NCBI GenBank assembly: GCA_049523135.1
Contig: JBEKNE010000001.1
Location: 542,809 to 606,808 of the forward strand
Length of the DNA: 64,000 nt
Reading direction: 5' to 3'
Origin: Candidatus Microgenomates bacterium
GTDB lineage: Bacteria; Patescibacteriota; Microgenomatia; UBA8517
The first letter of the stretch is position 1; every line of letters begins with the position of its first letter. The notes beneath the pieces were generated by a model, which saw nothing but the letters and a program-made list of their open reading frames with translations, was not told the origin of the DNA and did not search any database. Positions 60,281 through 64,000 of the stretch are shown in pieces. The translations under genes were made by a program, and so were the position numbers.

Positions 60281-63085
60281 TTACTTTGTGTGTTTTGTTT
60301 CTCTTCCAAAAAACTTAATCCTGTCCCCTCTGAAGCGAAGAGGAACGCTTTTTAAAGGACCGTTTCTATGTTTGGCAATATCAAGCATAATATTTTCAGG
60401 GTTTTCATCATCTTCACGCCAGAGAAACATGACAACGTCCGAATCTTGTTCAATCCCACCCGAGTCTCTGAGATCAGCAAGCTGCGGCTTCTTCCCCCCT
60501 CTAGTTTCAACAGCCCTAGAAAGCTGAGAAAGAGCCAAAACTGGAATTTTAAGCTCCCTTGCCAGATTTTTTAAGCCTTGAGAAATTTCCGATACCTCCT
60601 GAACTCGATTTTCCAGGTTTCTGGACCTTGCAAGCTGTAGATAGTCTACGACTAGGAGATCAAGCCCGTTTTCTACCTGAAGACGACGTGCTTTCGTGCG
60701 CATTTCAAGGATAGAAAGGGCAGGAGTATCATCAATAAATAGAGGTGCCTCAGCGAGAATACCCATTGCATCACTCAGCTTTGAAAAATCATCCTCCGAA
60801 AGTTTTCCAGTCTTCAGTTTCCACGCATCAATATCGGCTTGTGCAACCAAAAGCCTGTCTATAAGCTCTTCCCTACTCATTTCTAGCGAGAAAAATCCAA
60901 CCGGGCGTTTCAGCTCAACTGCAACATACTGAGCGATATTCATTGCTAGGGAGGTGTTATGAACCACAATATCATTTGCAATGAAGTTGTGGGTTTTATC
61001 AATCGCCAAATCGTATACACGCTTTACTCCTACCCGTCTAATGCTTACTATTTTGTCCCAATAAAGATCACTTTCCGCCAAATACAATAGTTTTCTTGAG
61101 TTTATTGCTAAAGCAACTTCCTTAAGAGTCTCTCTTCGTAACTGTCTTTTATTAACACGGATATTGTGCGTCAAGTTTCGACCCATTTTCCTATAAACCT
61201 CTCTCCATGTCATTTCCCCCTTCTCTTTGATAACCAATTTCCAAGCATCCATTGGTATCGTATCTTTAGACCATGTTTTTGGGATATTTACAGTTTTTGC
61301 CAATTTCTCTAGTTTTCTTATTTTGTCCTCTTTACCAAAAATACCTATTTCCTTAATAAACATTAGAATGTTTGTCGCACCCATAATCTCCAATTCAAAC
61401 GATTTTTTAAAACCCCCTTTATATCTAACTTTCTTCTCTCTGAGTCTGGCCAAAATACCGAACCTTAAGAGAAGGTGTTTTACTCCTTCTGCTAATTTGT
61501 ACGATGAAGAAGAAAAACTGATTCTACCCACTCCCCTAGATTTTGAGGGCATTGCGCTTCCTTCACATGCAAAAAGTCTATTAAGAAATAATCTCAGATT
61601 TTCCTTATTTAATTCAAAAACTTCTCTCGGTATTTCTTTTTCTATCGACAGTTTTCCCATTACACCTAGGGAGGTTAACCAATTGGAAACAGGGTTTTCC
61701 CTATCTATCCTTTCTGTATCTTCTCCTAAATATTCACTCAACTTTTTATAAGTAGATACACCAGGCAGAGAAACACCCGAAACCCACGCATCTACAAGTG
61801 CAGGACTTACACTAAGGATTAAAGCTAATTTTGTATGAGTTAAGTGGTTTTCTGTCATTTTTTTGCTGATTCTCTTGGCAAATTTAATTCGTAAATCTTT
61901 TCTATACGGATCTTTCTTTATTACAGTAACTGTAGGGGTTCTAAACCTAATCTTGCTTTGCTTTACCAACCTGGTGGTTACATCACCAAATTTTTCAACT
62001 GAATCACAAAAATCAGATAAAATAATATTGTTGCTATTAGTAAATCTTGGAGAAGAAGATGTCACACCCCCATCTCCTAATAGATAAGCCAGGATTTTTA
62101 CTCTCCAACTGTCCCAAACTCTATAGCCAAAATATTCCATCTTTCTTGGAATAGCTATTCTTACCCCAACTTTAAGTTCTTCTACTTTTTTCCAACCGTT
62201 AATTGTCAGTAATGGATGGACGGCCGTTGCTTCAAGTTTATTACCTAAGGCAGTCTTAATCTCATAAACAGGCTTTTTACCATCATCCACAAAGGCTGAG
62301 GGGTCAATTCCTCCATGAATCTTAAAATTACTATCCAATGTTGAGATTTTAACTTCCTTATGAGAAACAATATCTGATATTGTTTGCCTTCTACCCGTAC
62401 TAGAATCAATTACTAACGTATCTCCTGCCACACACTTTCCAACTCCAGGGCGCGCGGCTAAAACCAAGAGGTTTGATTGCTGCATTCCGGCCAAAGCATC
62501 ATCCAAATCAGGGAAGCCAGTCGGGACACCCCTCATGCCAGCTCCAGATTTATGCAACTCATCAAGTCTGTCAAAACTTTCTGCCAAGGTATCCCGAACT
62601 GAAGTAAAAGCCTTAGTTGAAGATCTCTGACTTAAGGAAAAAATTTCACTTTCGGCTTTATCAAGAGCCTCGCTTGCTCCCAATCCTTCATCCATCGAAA
62701 CTTCAACAAGTCGGGATGCTGCCGACATCAAAGATCTTTTCGTGGCAGTATCCTTAACAATTCTTCCGTAATGCTCAACGTGAGCCGCAGTCGGAACTTT
62801 ATTAGCAAGGTCTGCTAAAAACGACGAACTCCCGATACTTTTAAGAGCTTTCATCTTCTTAAGCCTCTCCGTAACAGTCAAAACATCAATTGGGATACGC
62901 TCTTCATAAAGATCAAGGCATGCGTTATAAATATCTCTGAGGCGTTCATCGTAAAAATCTTCAGGAAGCAAAAATTCTGCAACAGCAATAACCGCGTCCT
63001 TATCAATAAGCATCGCTCCAAGAACACTTTCTTCTGCTTCCTGGGAATGAGGTGGGACTCTAAGTTGGTTTGATTGTACTGCCAT
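60281..63085 (-). CDS. dnaB: Replicative DNA helicase DnaB, with an in-frame intein in the P-loop
   Basis: N-terminal domain (PHSQEAEESVLGAMLID); Walker A split as LVLAARPGVGK|[intein]|TSLAMNIAQ; C-terminal RecA-like motifs (LLVVDYLQL, SQLSR..E). Confidence 0.9.
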   Translation of the reverse strand: MAVQSNQLRVPPHSQEAEESVLGAMLIDKDAVIAVAEFLLPEDFYDERLRDIYNACLDLYEERIPIDVLTVTERLKKMKALKSIGSSSFLADLANKVPTAAHVEHYGRIVKDTATKRSLMSAASRLVEVSMDEGLGASEALDKAESEIFSLSQRSSTKAFTSVRDTLAESFDRLDELHKSGAGMRGVPTGFPDLDDALAGMQQSNLLVLAARPGVGKCVAGDTLVIDSSTGRRQTISDIVSHKEVKISTLDSNFKIHGGIDPSAFVDDGKKPVYEIKTALGNKLEATAVHPLLTINGWKKVEELKVGVRIAIPRKMEYFGYRVWDSWRVKILAYLLGDGGVTSSSPRFTNSNNIILSDFCDSVEKFGDVTTRLVKQSKIRFRTPTVTVIKKDPYRKDLRIKFAKRISKKMTENHLTHTKLALILSVSPALVDAWVSGVSLPGVSTYKKLSEYLGEDTERIDRENPVSNWLTSLGVMGKLSIEKEIPREVFELNKENLRLFLNRLFACEGSAMPSKSRGVGRISFSSSSYKLAEGVKHLLLRFGILARLREKKVRYKGGFKKSFELEIMGATNILMFIKEIGIFGKEDKIRKLEKLAKTVNIPKTWSKDTIPMDAWKLVIKEKGEMTWREVYRKMGRNLTHNIRVNKRQLRRETLKEVALAINSRKLLYLAESDLYWDKIVSIRRVGVKRVYDLAIDKTHNFIANDIVVHNTSLAMNIAQYVAVELKRPVGFFSLEMSREELIDRLLVAQADIDAWKLKTGKLSEDDFSKLSDAMGILAEAPLFIDDTPALSILEMRTKARRLQVENGLDLLVVDYLQLARSRNLENRVQEVSEISQGLKNLARELKIPVLALSQLSRAVETRGGKKPQLADLRDSGGIEQDSDVVMFLWREDDENPENIMLDIAKHRNGPLKSVPLRFRGDRIKFFGRETKHTK
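60956..62434 (-). mobile_element. DnaB intein (493 aa) with LAGLIDADG homing endonuclease
   Basis: Block A CVAGDTLVIDSS; block B ATAVHPLLT; LAGLIDADG motifs LAYLLGDGGVTS and LNRLFACEGS; block F/G RVYDLAIDKTHNFIANDIVVHN followed by a +1 Thr. Boundaries computed from codon positions. Confidence 0.8.
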
Positions 63086-63124
63086 ATAACTTACTTATAT
63101 AAACCCCTTTAGGCAGTATGTAAA

Positions 63125-63817
63125 CTACTTTCTTTCCAGAATAATAACTTTAGTACTCTGGTCTTCGACGATATCTTCTTTTTTGACTGAAAATTTCGGC
63201 AGAGTTTCTACTGTCATACCAATTTCTTTTATAAAAGTTTCTTTCGGCTCCAATGACGCAAACTGGTCCCCTTTCATTTCGGGAATTTTATAATGCATCG
63301 GGATAATAAAATAGGGGTCAATCTTGGAACAAACTTCCACCGCTTCTTTCGGACCGATTGTAAAAAATCCTCCGACGGGAATCATCAGAATATCTATTGA
63401 ACCCATTTCATTAACCAGGTCATCGCTTAGGCTATGACCCAAATCCCCAAGGTGAGCGAGTCTTAAACCGTCCGCTTCGTAAACATAAATCGTGTTTTTC
63501 CCTCTTTCGGTTCCCCCTTTATTATCATGGAAAGACGGGTAACCGATTATCGATACTCCGTTTATTTCATATTCACCCGGTCCGTCAACAATCTTTTTAA
63601 CATTACCGACTTTATCGGTAGCATCGTGGTCGTGGTGATGGTGGGAAACCGTTACGATATCCCCTTCAACCCCACTGTATTTAATTCCAACCATAGCGGA
63701 ATCAAAAGGATCGGTAATCACGGTTGCTGTTTTTGTTTTAATTTTGAAAGAAGAATGCCCTAAATATGTGATGTCCATTGGTATTTGCACTCTAGCAAAT
63801 ACTCCCGCCCTAATCAA
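63125..63817 (-). CDS. Metallo-beta-lactamase-fold metal-dependent hydrolase (UPF0173-like)
   Basis: The VSHHHHDHD segment contains an HxHxDH motif; about 230 aa. Confidence 0.65.
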   Translation of the reverse strand: MIRAGVFARVQIPMDITYLGHSSFKIKTKTATVITDPFDSAMVGIKYSGVEGDIVTVSHHHHDHDATDKVGNVKKIVDGPGEYEINGVSIIGYPSFHDNKGGTERGKNTIYVYEADGLRLAHLGDLGHSLSDDLVNEMGSIDILMIPVGGFFTIGPKEAVEVCSKIDPYFIIPMHYKIPEMKGDQFASLEPKETFIKEIGMTVETLPKFSVKKEDIVEDQSTKVIILERK

Positions 63818-63867
63818 TACCTTTTTACCTTGACTTAAACTGTCTCTTCGGCTATATTGTGGTTTCG

Positions 63868-64000
63868 ATGAGAAAAGAACTGATTTGGGCCATTGTTATA
63901 GGAATACTTTTTGGATTGATAATTGCATTCGGTGTATGGAGAATAAATCTTTCCACAAAATCCAACTCCCAAGGCACCCAACCCACACCAACCCCCGAAA
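63868..64000 (+). CDS. Hypothetical membrane-anchored protein, partial (continues beyond the window end)
   Basis: ATG at 63868 gives MRKELIWAIVIGILFGLIIAFGVWRINLSTKSNSQGTQPTPTPE; TM plus Thr/Pro linker. Confidence 0.35.
   Translation, partial: MRKELIWAIVIGILFGLIIAFGVWRINLSTKSNSQGTQPTPTPE

Overview
The window is a low-GC bacterial fragment with the character of an ultra-small Candidate Phyla Radiation (Patescibacteria-like) genome: short proteins, a degenerate clamp-loader subunit, an orphan ACP with no fab genes, many tandem pilins and several inteins. In order along the window, the main content is:

- **Housekeeping genes (1-6845):** PBP1A (partial), tyrS, recG, rpmF, nusB, an ACP-like gene, rnc, rpsP and a KH-domain protein.
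- **Type IV pilus locus (6849-20177, minus strand):** 21 genes, pilB-pilT-pilC-pilA-pilD, ten tandem prepilin/pseudopilin paralogs, a PilX-like gene, and pilM-pilN-pilO.
- **gyrB with intein (20880-24140):** a 434-aa intein carrying an HNH plus NUMOD-like endonuclease domain.
- **Surface locus between gyrB and gyrA (25121-31486):** a proton pyrophosphatase followed by a plus-strand surface-protein operon. The operon holds a small secreted N/Q/S/T-repeat protein, a GC-rich UUCG hairpin, a 697-aa membrane-anchored paralog with the same repeats, an FN3 protein and a sortase. This operon is the best candidate here for an undescribed sortase-associated surface-fibre system.
- **gyrA (31573-34224).**
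- **Cell-wall and mobile-looking genes (34349-42484):** a lipoprotein, SIMPL and LysM-L,D-transpeptidase genes, metK, an XerC/XerD-family tyrosine recombinase split at its catalytic RH|SFAT motif by a 420-aa LAGLIDADG intein, a HAD nucleotidase, and a free-standing single-motif LAGLIDADG homing endonuclease flanked by non-coding DNA.
- **Secreted and envelope genes (42787-54731):** yebC, an 808-aa Cys-rich secreted protein carrying a C8 homopolymer tract, a small paralog of its Cys-rich module, and TPR, LCP, Kef, RluA and DksA/TraR genes.
- **tRNA-Leu(CAA) and possible island (54770-60280):** the tRNA is followed by fic (with a perfect consensus promoter and an inverted repeat), a vapBC pair and two large polytopic membrane proteins.
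- **dnaB with intein (60281-63085):** a 493-aa LAGLIDADG intein inserted in the P-loop.
- **End of window:** an MBL-fold hydrolase and a partial membrane-protein gene.

No rRNA or CRISPR array was seen.
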